Positions 1-15,000 of a DNA stretch of 64,000 nucleotides are shown one piece after another. The position numbers were made by a program, and so were the translations under genes. The stretch is from the NCBI RefSeq assembly GCF_964204865.1, contig NC_135253.1, forward strand, positions 17,422,001 through 17,486,000, given 5' to 3'. A model generated the notes under the pieces. That model had not been told where the DNA came from, made no database searches, and saw only the letters and a program-made list of their open reading frames with translations. Numbering within the stretch: the stretch's first letter is position 1; the number at the start of each line of letters is the position of its first letter. Origin of the DNA: Styela clava (taxonomy: Eukaryota).

Positions 1-3000
1 ATTTTTCAAAACTGTAAAAGTTTTGTTGGGTGCTTTTGATAATGGAAGTTTTGATGCTTTTATCACAAACTTCTTGAAGTTTCTCATAGGCCTGTGAAAA
101 TTGTGAAAACAGAAACATCAAGCAAAGATATCTCAGGATTTCCATTCTTATTCTACGTTAGAGAAAAAACATCGTAAGTGAAAGCTCCTTTATTATTAAC
201 TTGGTCATGAGATTTTTTTTCTAAGAAATAAAGAAAAATTTAGCATAACCAGAAGGTTCTTTCATTCAAATAACTGTCAGTGACAAACCCCGCTGTTAGA
301 ACATCTCATAAAAGCATTACAGAACAACTTTGACCATGACATAATAGAAAATTTGATTTGACTTTTAGCAATTAATAAAAAATGACGATGCAAAGTGTAA
401 GAGTGTAGAGGCAAAATTAAAATTTGAGTCAAAATTTTCTACTGAAACTCGAGTAAAACTTTTCCAACTCGGAATTTATTGTAAATTTTCCTTCTCTACG
501 GGCTTGCTTACCTCCTCTAAACATTTTTTACTGTTTCCATAAATCTTCACATCAATTCTTGTTGACTTGGTTAGACCTAAATACAATTACATATTTATCA
601 CTAAATATACCAACATTAAGAAATCAAAACAATTATAAGTATATTTTAATAAGCAGTGTAAAATGTGAAATCGTTAAAATCAATAAATAAGAATAGATGT
701 TTTTTTTTGTGAATTTACCATGCAGTTAAATTATAATATGTCCAAAATGCAATAAATTATACCTAGTTACCTACCTTGTCTCGGTGTTACATCTTGAAAT
801 ACAGGTAATTGAGATGACTTATAAACTATAACTCTGATATCTTTTAAGACTTTGTTTTGAGCTACAAACTGTGAAAATGCCTCTTTCATGCATGAAGCAA
901 CAACTCCAGAATCCAATCCCATATTACCTGAAATATGATTCGTTGATTTAATGTCAAGTACTATTGTGAGTTGCATAGCAAAACATTTCTTACCTGTCCC
1001 AATCGTAGGCAGAGCTAAGCTTTGTAGACAAAACCTGTCTGCTACTGTTAATAGATCCAAAATTGCCTTCGTTAGTTCATTCTTATCAGATGGGGTTGCA
1101 ATGCAGAAGATATATTTCCATGGCAACAGAACATTTGTAGGACAAACACAAAGTTGATCTTGAATAATCCAAGAAACCTTTTCAAGAACACGATGCATTA
1201 AAGTAGTTCCAAACTTCCTATTGAGAGCTATTGAGACTTGACCTTCAAAAAAAAAAATATTTAAGTTTAATGGTTGTGTCTGCATTTACTATGCATATCA
1301 GCCATCAATCCATGAGATTTCCCTAGCCAGTATAAAAATTGAATTAATCGTGATATACTGGTAAACACATACATTGCGCTTGCTAATCAACATCAAAAAA
1401 TCTAGAGCAAAATTATGATAGACAAACACAAAATGGACAAACAAATTTCAGTTGACCCTCAAGAAATTTTTAAACTAAAGAGATTATCCATGTAATATAT
1501 GAAAAAACAAGTTGCCCAACACAGCATGCAAAAAGTTTTTTAACAACATTACATGCACATTATTGATTACAAGCCCGATTCAAAACCAATGGATTACGAG
1601 AATGTGTGAAAAAATAAAAAAGTCCACGCAATTGCATAGTAATTCACTAACTACCAAGTTAAATATGACTTCTTTCACATTCCAAGTACATGAACGATTT
1701 TAGAAAAAGCTGACAAGATGTAAATATAGAACTAAGTCGTTATATGGGTTTTCAGCAAATTGAAGAGGCTAGATTTATGGTAAAAAATAATCAACAAATG
1801 CATAGATTTCCACAATATCACCTGAAAAGCTTATCTTTTTTCCTGTACTAATGACAATCGCGTCACATTTTTCAAGAACAATATCACCAATTTTGACAGA
1901 TACCAAACTATTATGATTTTTCTGTTAAATAAATAAATGGAACAATTGACAACTCTGTACAATTACAAAAGACTTTTTATGAGCTGCCAGGTAACAAACT
2001 TAATCAACAATGAACACATTGACAGTGGCAGATTTTAAATGATAAATTGGCCAACAAACTTTTAACTGATGGCAGATGCCACGCCACAGTATGACGGGAA
2101 CTGAGATTCAAAAAATGCCTATCAAGCTTATTTTTATTTAGTATTACGGTACATTTTGATACTCCCAAAATATGTGAACCAAGTTGGCGGACACCGGATC
2201 ATAGTATGTGTACCAGGTTAGGGACAGGCCATAATTTCAGTTACAAATACTACGGGAGTCACTTGGCTAGTCTCCGAACACCTAATAGAACTAAATAAGG
2301 AAAATTGGAATAAAATTATGGCCTAACCCTAACCTGGTACACATACTACGTTCCGGTGTCCGCCATCTTGGTTCACATACTTCGAGAGCACCGTCATTTT
2401 CAACAAGACAAATCAAATTGTTTATAGTATTTTGAAATAGTAGGTGTAAGGTATATAGCAGGCTAAAATCGAATATTTCACTATTTCAGATACATTCTGG
2501 GAAAGTGTTTTTGAATATGAAATATCCTATACATTCTAAAATTGAAGCAAAATTGAAGATCATTGTTGTTTCTTGTGTTGTTTGTTATTGGTTGAGATAT
2601 CGTACGTTTTGAACTGCTTGTTTGACAGATCAAAATCCCAAATTTTCAAGTAAAAAAATATTCTAAATTTTTCCTGAATCAAAATTTTTTATATCGAATA
2701 TAAGGAATTTTGATTGTATTGAAATATTCGAGTTGTTTTGGACATCTGGTATATAGCATCTAATCTATTATTTGGGATAGACTTTGCTCGCTATGAAATT
2801 AATAATATTTAATTTACATTACTCTGCTACAAAATATATATTGAGATTTGAGATCTGCCATACTTCTAAGTAGATTACCAAAATCATTTAAACATTTCTT
2901 ATATTTATATAGTAAAAGACTAAGACAGGCAAGAATAAAATTAACTTACCTGTCCTATTGGATTGAGAACTATTGAACATTTTGTCTCGTGCTCTGTAAT

Positions 3001-6000
3001 TTGTAGACAAGCTTTACCATCTCCAGATAAATACTCATACAAAGAATAACCAGTGATTTGTTTTTCAATTTTTTTAATCTCTTTTTCCAAATCTTCAAAC
3101 TCCATATCGACTGAAAAAAAAATGCCATCATAAGACGTAGAAATACTAAAGTTAAGTTGAAAATATTTAACATATTCCTCGCTCGCACTTGATAGCCTTT
3201 TCAAAATGGCGTCGATTTTCTAGCGACATATCATGAGTCACTAGTATAGTGTCTGTTCATTTTGTGCACTGTAACATTTCACACTGTAACACGTCCTTCC
3301 GTGTTGATTGATCGAGGTAATAAAGTCTCATCTTGTGAGATGCTAGTATGTGTACTTCAAGTATAAGGGCCTGGGTTAAATCTGTAAGTTAAATCTGTTT
3401 TAACCTATCTGTTTGGGTCAGCAAAAATGGCCAAATTAGTTGAGCTAGTCTGGCTGATAAATAGCTAAAACAGGTCAGAATTCTATTCCCGTTTCTACTC
3501 GTGGTTGTGGGGACAGGCATGGCTCATAGTTTACGATCTATCCAAACATAGAATTATTTCAAGATCAGTATTTTAACTTAATTATTAAAACATTTTTGAT
3601 AATATTGAAATGCTAAATATATCGGAAATATCGGTCTACATTTGGTTGATATCGTTACACTACCGATATTGTCGATACTGCTACCAATACATCGTTACAT
3701 CTCTAATATATATATCAGTATTTAAAATTCTCAAAAGTTTAATTGAACACGTTTTTGAATAAAAATATAGTTAAATAAAAGTACATCTAGTCATGAAACT
3801 GGCTGAAAAATAACAATCTATGTGCTGGTGAGAACTCACATACACTTAAGGTTCAACAAATTAAAACGTCTTCCATTTAGATATTTTAAATAAAATCTTC
3901 GGTCAACAATAATAATAGAATAGATAAAAAAAAAGATATTCCTAGTTTAATATTGACATGATTAATCAATTATGCAATTACTTTAATTGACAAAATTAGT
4001 AAACATCAGAAAATGTTTTCAGAACATTTTGATTTAAGCTGGTCAATTTTGGTAAAGTATGGAAGTAGTATTTATCTGAATTATCGATATTACAAGTTGA
4101 ATAAAGTAATATTTGGTGAGAGAGTAGGTTGTATCGTAGCATTTGAATCATATTACAACAAAGCCAATGCAAAGTAAACCAGTATAGGCATGATTTTCGA
4201 ATACAATATTTATTCACAAAGGTGTGAGGCTTGACAAATATTTATCGATCAATCAGAATAAGTCATTTGACAAATAAAAGAAATAACATACATACCAGTA
4301 TCAATGTCCTCTTGTTCAAATGTGACAAGCAACCCAGGTTTTGTACTTTCAGTCACTAATTTAACAGACTTTGCTTTGTCGATTTTACAATGGCTGGCAA
4401 CATGTACAGCAATTTCTTTTGACATGGGGTAGAATTTTTTTATGTCATTCATTTCACCCATTTGCTCAATTGTTTTAATCACGTCCATCCTCATTTGGGC
4501 ATATTGGAAGTTGAAGCAAAACACAATAATATTTCTTGCATCTCGCTGAAATAAATTCAATATGAAAGAATTGAATACCTGACAATAAAAAGTTTTTATC
4601 GGGAATGGCATGCTTTATTCTTGAAATACACAACCTTATAAGCGCTTGCAGATACTTTTATGAGAATGTTTGATTTTTCTGAAGATTCTAATTTTATTGT
4701 AATATATTTTTCGTAATTACTAAACATTACTGATGTTTTTTTTATGTAACAGTCATATTTTGACTCCAAACACCAATTTTCTGTAAAAAAAAAATTGAAT
4801 ATTTAGTTGAGTTTAGTCATCCATAATCACATTCATTACAATGCCTTACCTCAGATTTCATATGAACAATTTCATCTCTAAAAGCTTTTTTCAAGTTGGC
4901 AACCACTTCAGAAAATGGAGCATCTTTCTGATGGTCAGCAGGCGATATATCAAATTCCCTTATACATTTCTTCAAAAATCCATTTGCCTTTTGCCAATGG
5001 ATATTATTGACAGCAACCAAACTAATGTCAGAATTTACAAAGGCTAAAGACCCTGTAAAATTTAAAAATTCAATAATGGTAAAAATCTACGGTATATTTA
5101 AAATGAAATTCCAGATAATGAGATATGTGAAAAGTTCCCCTGACCTTTGACATTTTCCTTTTTAAATTGCCTGTATAAGCCATCAAGAATATTTTTCTTT
5201 GTACTCAGTGACTTTTGCTGTGAATTTTCACATTTTTTGAGAAAAGCCAACTGATCTGAGGTAACATCTTCAACTGGTTTTTGAATAGTTTTCTGAAAAT
5301 GCATAAGAAGTTATATGAATAACAATATGGGATAGAAAATAGCTTTGAAACAGTCTTGAAAAATATGAATCTATGAACAAAATTGGAAATAAGTGACAGA
5401 CCGTGGTCAGCTCTCCTAAAGTTTTTTCAGCCAACTGTATCGCAATCAACTCTCCTTTGTATATAATTTTTCCATCCTCAGATGGTTGAATTGATACACG
5501 ATGTCCTTTATTGCGGCATTTCTGCTCAGTTTTTTTCCAAAGACCACATTCCCTTTGAGCACTGCATATCAATGTAAAAATATATTGTACAAAAACATGT
5601 TTCATTCTTTTACTTCACAAAAAAGAAGTTTAAACACTTTTTCAACTTTTTGCACCAGCATCCAGTTTCATTTTTTTCGAGAAAAAAATATATATTCACT
5701 AATAATTTATCCTCATCTCCTGATCCAGAAGGTTTTATTATGAGTTAATATATTTATGATGAATGACAAAATGCACAAATTTTAAAACTGTACATAACTG
5801 TGAAAGAGCACAAAAAGAAAACAATATTCTGTGACATCATGAGTATATGTGAATATACCTTACTATGAGACAAATCATATGAACATTGCACAATACTTTA
5901 AAACAAATAATCAAATTTGCATTGCTTCGTTTCTGCAAGGTAAATAAAGAAATTACATGAACACATCTACGGGTAGGGTTTCTGCCATTTTTTCACTTTT

Positions 6001-9000
6001 AATTTCATAATCTATGTCTTCAATTCTTTCTTCCACTTTTTCTTTCAAACCTGGGGAATGCAATAAAAAAAAATCCCACATTAGTATGAAAACTACAGCT
6101 GATAATAAATAATTTAATCAACATCTTCAAAATGCGATTACTCAAAATAATAAAAAATCAGACCTGATTTGAGAAAAAAACTAGGAATGAGTTGTTAAAA
6201 GTTATGAGGACTAAATGAACTCAACTTCTATAAACTAAAATCTAATTATGATATTTATGATCATGTTGTTTCTTTACAGAAAAAATGAAACAGATTAACA
6301 GAATATAACAAAAATGAATAGAAATGAATATATACATCTCTTTTCACAGAAATGACTGTTTTAATGTATGCTTTAATTAAGTTATTGCTCTACCTCCTCA
6401 GACACAACAGGATAGAATTTGATCAAACAGTGAAAGCTCCAACTAATAAGTTATTTTTGTAAACGTAATATTATTTAATATGAAAAATGTCAGAATGTTA
6501 ATCAAAACATTGTAAGAGCAGCATATATAAAATGAAGCGTGGAAGACTCAATATGTTACAAGTTACTCAACTGCATATAGTTTGCACAGTTTCTCACCTG
6601 CATATTTAATTGTTCCAGTACTAGGGAAAGCCTGCACAAAAACACCAGGTTCTTTACAGAACAATTTAGGAAAATCTCTCATGACACTTTCCATTTTATC
6701 GACATTATATTTATTTGTTTCTGCCGAAAATTGGTCAAAGTAGTCGCCAACTTGTTCCCAAGCTCTTGATTTATCAACATCACTGGGATGCTAGGTGTAA
6801 ATATTAAAATTATAACAAAGTTTCACTGGCAAAACATGTCACAAATATAACTGTTTATTAAGAATACAAAACCTTTTTTCTGAAAGAGATGTGAACTTTA
6901 ATCTGTCCTTGATCATTGGTGATTGACACTTTTGCAAATTTACCACAACACGATCCAAGATCTTTTTTAGCACCAGCGTCGTTGAAAACAAACTTCAATA
7001 CTGCAGGTTTATAATCTTTTGTATCAAATTGTACAGAAGTCGTAGAATCAGCTCTAGTAAACCAAAAACAAAATCATATAAAAATTTCTGTTTAGAAATG
7101 AATAGCATAACAAACGGGACTTTATCTGTAACAATAAAGAAATAAGATACTAAACGAGAATATCGGTCGGCGACTGAAGACTTATAGATCGAAAGTTGGG
7201 GGATCCCCCAAGACAGAAACTCCGGTTTTGATTCATTTGCTCTTACTCCATAGTGACACATCACTGATTAATTAATAACTCACTAATTATACGACATAAT
7301 TCATCCAAAATCAATAGGCTTCTGGTCCGAGATATGATGAATGCACATGCAAAATTTGGAGCAGATTCAACCTCGCTTTCGTGAGAGATCGCGTGTATTT
7401 ACCGGACAGACAAACAAACAAACGGTCAAATACCTATCAACATACTTACCGATCAAGATCGATAAGTAAAAATCACATTGCAAGTTTACTGATAGTAATT
7501 AATAAATCGAACCAAACAATAAAATAAGAAGTGAAAGGCTTACTTTGAAGAAGATGATGATTCATCACCGAAATCACCCCATGACAATCTGCGTGATCTT
7601 TCCGAGTGGTGCCTTTGTCTAACCCCACTTGTTGGTGATACTGGTAAATGATGCAAAGTCTGGACAGGAACACCAGAATGATGGGGATGTATAAATGGAA
7701 CATGCATCTCTTGTTGTGGAGGAAATGTTAGCGGAATCTGAACGGGAGGCTGAAAAGCTTCACTCTCTGATGATGAACGTATTTTCGAAAAACCCAGTAT
7801 ACTTTCTATTCTGTTTCGATAAATTTGCACTTGGCGAGATACACCGACAACATTCACGGTACCAGTATTAGTAAACCACTGCACAAAACAACCTTGGAAA
7901 TTTTTGGTTTGAAATAAATCAGGTTGGTGAGGCTTTTGTCTAGCTATCATATTCAGGTCAAATTTTCCTCTCCACACAGAAAACTGCCTAAAGAACTGCA
8001 CCAACCTCATTCTGCACTCATTTTCAAAATCCATATGTAGTCTGGCATGTGACATCTGCAATATAAGATTTGTAAAATAGATCAACAAAAAACTGTTTTA
8101 TTATCATAAATTTCAATTTAATATTACCTGGGTAGGAGAAACATGAACTGTTAAAGTTTGTTCTTTTTTAACAATTTCGGCATTGGCTAAACCAATTAAA
8201 CATACGGACAACTGATGCTTGTAAGTTTTTCCAAACGAAACAAAGCGCATGATCGCAGGTTCAACATCTTCATAATTAAAAGGCTGTGCAGTAGAATTTG
8301 CCGGAAGTTGTCTGTAGGAAAAAATCAATAATTCTTATTAATGACATTATGCTGTATTTAGGTTGAACGCTCTAGAGCAGGGTCGTCCAACCTGTGGCCC
8401 GCGGGCCATATGTGGACCGCGGAAGCATTTCGAGTGGCCTGCCCTGATTTTCAGAATTGAATAAAAAAAATTAGGTAAAACTATTTTTCGTGTGATGTAG
8501 TAGGCCTATACAAAATGTGATATAAAAGATTTGTTTATTTTCCCGAAGTGCGCTCTGTCAGCCCTTCCAATCGAGCCATGGGTGCCATTTTGAATCGAAA
8601 TCAACAAAGAAGATATATCGATACATGAAGGTGTCATAGTCGCTTACACATTTGGTATTTTACTACTCTGTTAGCCCTTCCAAACGAGCCATGGGTGCCA
8701 TTTTGAATCGAAACAAACTGGGAGGAGATATTGATACATAAAGGTGCCATAGTCGCTTACACACTTGGTCTTTTATTACCCTATGTGATGTTATCGCAAA
8801 ACAATCGAAGCCATTCTCAGATAGAGATTTCGTTAAGGAATGTATATTATGTATTGTTCGGTTTGCCAATAGATTCTAATATCAAAAGCGAGAAAATTTC
8901 CATTGTATTTCTTGGCGCTTGACGAAAGCACTGACATCTAGTTTTTAGCTCAGTTGGCGACCTGTGATCTTTGCGGGGAGTTTGATGATATGAAATAACA

Positions 9001-12000
9001 GTGGAGCTCGCAGGCATTGTCCCTGTTGAGGGTACGACTAGCACTAGAGACATTGGTTTGTTAAGAGCTGTGATAAAAAGGATCAAGCGTATTGGCTTGT
9101 CTTTGGTGTAACTTATGGGAATAACCACTGATCGTGCCCCATCAATGGTTGCGAAACAACAGTATTGTTGTACTAAACATTGTGTTTGATGTGTGGGTTT
9201 TGTTTGTTTTATCATTAACCTGTGGTCAGTGTAGCAAAACTAGATCATAACTATCATGTCAAGTGGCCCGCGCAATTATTAGTGAACCACATGTGGCCCT
9301 TCGGCGAAAAAGGTTGGTCGACCCTGCTAGAGTGACTCTCTACATCAGAGGTTATGAATCAGTGTTTCTGTCCGTACAATTCAGAGACTCTATGAGTTTC
9401 CATTTAAATCCGATAGAATATATTAATATATCCATATTGTTCAAATATGATAAAATACCTAGGTTAGGCTTGCCACTATTGCTACGCTTAAACAAATTCG
9501 TTTTGCCAGTATTAGGTTTGCTTTTATATATACTTATGGATGATAAATTCAGGCAATAAAACTATTATACAGGAATTCCTCGGATCTCTGGTCCGTTTCA
9601 TTGAGGTTTCGCTCCACCAATAAGGTTGAAAACTACTGATCTACATAATTGTTATGATTCTCGATCAAAAGTATGAAAATATTACTCTGCTATATATTAC
9701 TATGTAGCCCATTTATAAGTTGGATAAAAGACTAGATATGATTTGTCTATGACGTTAATGTCTTGTAAATAAAGTTACACCAAAAAACGAAAATTGATAG
9801 TTACCATACATCATCACAAAGATGTAAGATATCCTATTCTCATTCAAAATAAACTTACTCAAAATGACCCATTGTCAGAGTTTCCGTTTTTGCACATCAT
9901 AAAATTATATTCCAGGTTCATAGGATTTAAGTATTCTTTATATAAAAATTACCAGCAGATAAAATGCTTTAGAAAATTGACATATGGTAATAAAGATACT
10001 CAACTAAATGCCATCTGTTCAATGTCATATACTTATATATATATATTTAGGAATTTAACTACATGACCAAATACAAATAATTTTTCATGACTGTAAAACA
10101 TTTATATGTATCACATTCCTTTTAATGTTAATAAAGCTAATTCTATATGATATAAATATATCTTATTATCACATCAGTAATGTGTGCCTGTAAGCAGTCC
10201 GCATATTGCTATTCAAAATTTCTATGTACCTTACTTTTTTAAATAGATATTCCATCCGTTTATAAAAATATTTTGAAACTGTAAATACTTTAAAAACGAT
10301 GAATGAAAATTTAAGCTCTAAATTACTTCCTAAATTAATGGTATAATCTTAATTTGATACAAATTTAATGCTCACAGTAGTTCATCATACTCTATGATAA
10401 AAGAAATTATTGATTGTGTAAGGTGTAGAGCTAAGATCTGAAGCCGAGCCCGACCCGAAATTCGGACTTTTTTTAAATGAGGCGCTTTGGACGTGTTTTG
10501 GCCATGAGAGGCCGTGGCTTGCAAAAAAAACAGAAGTTGCCTCATCAACACGACTAATACTGTACTAAACTCTTGCAATGACAATTCATTGAACTACTAA
10601 ATACAATATGAAATTTCGGGTTTGCTTCGAGCTTGGGCCTGCAAATCCAGTTAATTAACGCACGGGCCTGGGTCGGGCCGGAATTTTTTGGGCTCGATCT
10701 TACCTCTAGTAAGGAGTACCTACATTTTCTTGGGAGATTTCTCTAAATGACCATTTATCGAATTCTGAACTTCTTCAACAATAGTCTCCGGCCCAGTGAC
10801 AAGGATAGTTGATGAATCATTGAACCAACTGCCAAAACATTGTTCTTTATAACTTGCAAGAACTGTTTTGATATGTTTGACATCAGCAACAGAACAATTT
10901 TCAAGCTTCTCATTCCAGAAAGAATATAATTCAAGAAATCTTTGTATACATTCTCCACAATCTTCTTCACTTTTGATAAATCCTCTGGCATTCTTGAAAC
11001 AAAGATGTAAGTTGTTCGTATTGACATAACTACATTCGGAAAACATAAATAAAATGATAACAAATCCATTTTCCCATTTGTTTCTAATAGAGAATAGCTT
11101 GTTTGTTTAATTTTAAATGCTCATTTTAAAGTTAATTAATCCATAAATTGTTTCACAACTTCATTCTTCACAATCAGAAACTTATGCCTGTTGGGGGCAC
11201 CATGCTCGGGATTAAATTTTTTCGGTTCAACATACAATGCAGCTATCCCATTTTCTAGACCAGTGGTTCCCAACCTTTCTACCCTGGCGGACCAGTAAAA
11301 TTAAATTAAATGTACTCATGGACCGGCAAAAAGTTGAAGTGACCGAAACAGAAAAGAATAACATATATTTGCGTAATACAATACAATGTCGGGCACTCAA
11401 TATGCATCTAGACAAAAAAGGCACTTAAAAACAGCTCACACAAAGAAAAACTATCAAATGTGGCGGCCAAAAATTGAAATGGGTGAAACATACATATTTG
11501 CGTAATGAAATGCAGTGCTGGGCACCCATTATGCGTAAGAAAGGCACACATAAAGCATCTCACATAAAAAACATGTACATGCCAAATCATGTACAAACGC
11601 AATTAACTCTAGTGAGAATTTTGCTGAGAATTTGTTTAGTTTCCAATATAGGAATGCAAACGATGCATCAAGGAAGTTTCTGCACGTAACTCTGCAATGG
11701 CGTGCAGCCAATTTCCTTGCTTCGCTAGTGATAAAACTATTTTTATATATAAGTAATAAAAATATAAGTAACTCCTGGACTGAAAAGTAGAATCACAATT
11801 TGAATCAAGCCTTTTCTTTTTCATCTTTATCACATTAATCCCTCTGCAGTTAATCGATGCTTCAAACGAGATGAATTTACATTACAATGACAAAGTCGTC
11901 GCTAACTTGGCATCAGGCTCAAAATCATACTTTGTCTGCTCAAGATACTGGAAAAGATCTCAGCGGCCCATGCTTTTTTGCGCACCTCGTGACCACCTGC

Positions 12001-15000
12001 TATATTTTACTGTATAGGGCAACAAAGATTCGACCCTATCTGCGTGTCCACACTCCCGTGTTATTGAACACACGTTAACAGAGTGTAACTCCGATCTTGA
12101 CTCCTTCAGAGGTCAAAAAGCACACAATGTATTGAATGCCAATTGTTATATTGTAAAGTTGCACAATCGAATTGATCCAAATAAAGAATTACACTTGAAA
12201 CCTTAAAGCAAGTATATGTGATGGAACCAAATTTCTAACTAACAAAGAACGGCAAAGACAAGCTACACTAAGTGAGAGAAATATGTCATAAAGGAAATGA
12301 ATTGGGACAACGACCTTGTTTCAGGCAAATAACATGCACTACTAACAATAAGTGGTGAAAATATTAAAATACACAGTAACTATCCTTATGTACTTGCTAC
12401 AACTGGAGTATTATACTTTTCTTGACTGTTTTCGGGTTTGAACAAAGAAATATGCATAACGTTTTATTTGGATGGTCATATTAATCAGGAAAAGCATGCA
12501 GAACAGAAAAAGCACGCGTGCCAATTTTTAGGTTTTTGAATTTTGCGAGATTTGATGGAGCGCATTCACGAAGAATCAGAGCCGAAAAAGCAAAAAGTGT
12601 GATTACTCGGCGCCAAGATGTCGCGAAAGACATCGCAATATGACGACGCAATATGACGACGGAAGAGAAATTGCGTAATAAACCAACGCAACCTCGTCTT
12701 CGGTAAAGAGATCAGAGCGGAGCCGAAAAAGCGAAAAGTATGATTACTGGGCGCCAAGTTGTCACAATATGACGGCGGAAGAGAAATTGCGTAATAAACC
12801 AACGCAACCTCGCCTTCGGTACAGCGATTTAGATGGCATAAAAACAACAAAACACCGAAATTTTTTGTGGACCGGCAAAAATGCTTCGCGGACCGGCGGT
12901 TGGGAACCAATGTACTAGACAACCTTAGTACTGGCTGTTCATGATATACCGTATATGCCCGTTTTACCGCCCGATCTTGATTAATATGGGCCCGTTTGAA
13001 TAGCCGCCCATGTGAACAGAACATAGAAATAAATAAGGGCCGGTGCTTGAATACCCGCCCGATGTGAAAGCTGATTTTTCAGTGGTAGAGAACAATAGGA
13101 AATAATACGCGCTTTTGTTACAACGCTGTTGAATTTTAAGCGCCGGTAGATAACACTCACGCCTTAGGCATCCAAGTACATAACAGATAGCATTGATTAC
13201 GTAACACCATGGTTCTCAAACTGGGCGTCGCGACGCCCAAGTGCGTGTTTCAATATTGATAGGGCGTCGTAAATCTTTTCTTCTTTCGCGGATTTGTACC
13301 TGCGGTGCGTAGAAAAAGTCAAAATTTTCGTTATTCTCGTTTAAATCATACCTGAGAACTGGAAATAACAACATATTAATTAGGTGACCGTACATTTGAA
13401 CCCACGTACATTTGAACCATGTACATTTGAACCCATGTGTATATCCGTGGGTTCAATCCATATGTGGGTGTTAAAACCCATGGGTTAGGGTTAGTATGGG
13501 TTCAAATATCCGTAAAACAAATAAAATTTCCATAGGTGCAATAGTATGCAGATGCAATTGTCGTGGGTTCAGATGTACGTTTTTCAAATGTACGTGGGTT
13601 CAAATGTACACGGGTTCAAATGTAATGGAACCTATTAATTATTGTAACAATCGAAAATAACAAGCGCCCGTGCTTGAATAAGGGTCCGGTTAGTGAGTTG
13701 GTTGAAAAAAATATGGGCCCGGGCTATAAAACGAGCAAATACGGTATGTTTTTGTCTGTAATCCGTGTTCTTACTAACAAATCTCAAAATTGTCAATCAA
13801 TGTTAAAACCAATAAATAAAAAGACAAGGAATCTGACTAATATGATTCATTTCTTTTGGTTCCAGTGTGCTATGAGAATAATCTTTGAGGAAGTGTGTGA
13901 CATCAATATGTCTATGATCTCATCTCTGAGTCATGATCAACAACAATTACTCGAATGACATGTGAGGTATTACTTTCTGCACAACAATTGGTTTGTATTG
14001 ACAAATTTCCAAATGAAGCAACTTTAAAAATATACTCACCATTAAAAATTGAACATCATGATTTAAAATATTTAAAAAAAATCCAAAAATTATGGTAATT
14101 TACAGTAATAAATACCAGTTTGTGATCAACAGTGCTATGGAGTCGGATAATAGTTAAAGGTATGCATGGCCAGTCAGAGTATGAGCTTTTTTGCAATGGA
14201 TTTACATTTTTGCAATGTTGGAATATGTGCCAAAGTCATATCTCAATTTTTTCAAATTGAGATTTTTAATTTTGGAACCCCCAGAGATAGGTTCATAGAA
14301 AGATTCCGAGAAATTAAAGTTTTGTCCAAAAATTTGATATTTAGCGGCCAAAAACTCAAGCTTGAATTTTGCAATCCAGAGGCACAAGTTTGGGCAAATT
14401 CTTCAAGCCAGTTGAGTTGAGTTAGCTTCTGGCTATATAATCTATTAGGTGAAAAAATACCAAAAACGAAAAATAGAATTTATGTCAAACTCATACACTT
14501 TATTGGCATATTTTTAAGTCGGAGTATTTACTACACACCTGTACTTGAACTTCAATTTTTTCGCCTGAGATATCCAACAACTTCATGTTGTGTTTAGTCA
14601 ACATTTTTTCCAATGCTTTCCTGTGTTTTTGATTTCTACTCAAGTAGTTCAATATTGGCTTGGGATAGGATTCAGATTCATCAAAAGTATAAATCTCAGT
14701 GTCGACATCATCTTCCTCATCATCATCGTCCACATTTTCCAATTTCAGTTCATGGTTTCGCCCACCGAATGTCACAAAAATACGTGAATTCAACAACTTT
14801 CGTTGAGCTAAAAAGTGTATAATATATAGTTATACACAATCGAGTTACTTGTGCAGTTTGGGTAATTGAAATTTCAGTAATGAGCCAAATTATCTTGTGC
14901 TGTTTTTGAGAATGCCTATAGATTTAGCCTTATACAACCAAAGGGTTAGTATAACTTGGCTGGCATAATTATAAAACTTTGATTGGAGCTAAATTATTCC

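Noticed and set aside
12566-13024. 152-aa minus-strand ORF with an internal repeat
   Set aside because: It spans the junction of two transposons, and its repeat is the tandem duplication inside the hAT element.
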